Part shown: one piece after another, positions 63,948-64,000 of the stretch | Position numbering within the stretch: the first letter of the stretch is position 1 | How the letters are laid out: each line of letters begins with the position of its first letter | Assembly (NCBI GenBank): GCA_050575255.1 | Contig: JBNZDD010013701.1 | Location: 6,426,084 to 6,490,083 of the forward strand | Source of the DNA: Harriotta raleighana | Taxonomy: Eukaryota | DNA length: 64,000 nt | Direction: 5' to 3' | Notes under the pieces: model-generated | Database searches by the model: none | What the model was told of the DNA's origin: nothing | Seen by the model: only the letters and a program-made list of their open reading frames with translations | Program-made: the position numbers and the translations under genes

Positions 63948-64000
63948 TTAAACAAAACTATAGAGGCACTGTGGATAACAGCAGATGAATTAGCAGATAG
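63948..64000 (+). CDS. Coiled-coil protein, exon G (truncated by the window end)
   Basis: Acceptor tgtgttttgctttcag; phase 0 reads LNKTIEALWITADELAD, continuing the heptad pattern of exon F. Confidence 0.6.

Overview
AT-rich, repeat-dense vertebrate genomic DNA. The repeat complement (tRNA-derived SINEs with L2-type tails, L2 and CR1 LINE fragments, Deu-domain and AmnSINE2-like SINEs, TA-targeting MITEs) suggests a cartilaginous fish, probably a chimaera; this is inference. Two genes diverge from a CpG island at about 29.0-30.7 kb. (1) Minus strand: the first three coding exons (121/141/92 nt) of an SLC6A20-type Na/Cl-dependent imino/amino-acid transporter, which runs off the left edge. Its ATG exon has a splice acceptor upstream, so non-coding exons may reach toward the island. 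(2) Plus strand: a phase-consistent multi-exon coiled-coil protein gene (exons at 37206, 40574, 45084, 45296, 47463, 55453, 63948), mostly missed by the ORF track and running off the right edge. It tentatively resembles the KASH5/IRAG2(LRMP) coiled coil. Most ORF-track entries are spurious or repeat-derived. Several single-N gaps coincide with false tandem duplications and poly-G runs. I found no evidence for a wholly new biological system. The best leads are the unidentified coiled-coil gene, the triple-CRE bidirectional promoter, an unclassified TGT...ACA inverted-repeat element, and a templated-insertion scar. All family assignments are from recalled sequences; no database searches were run.
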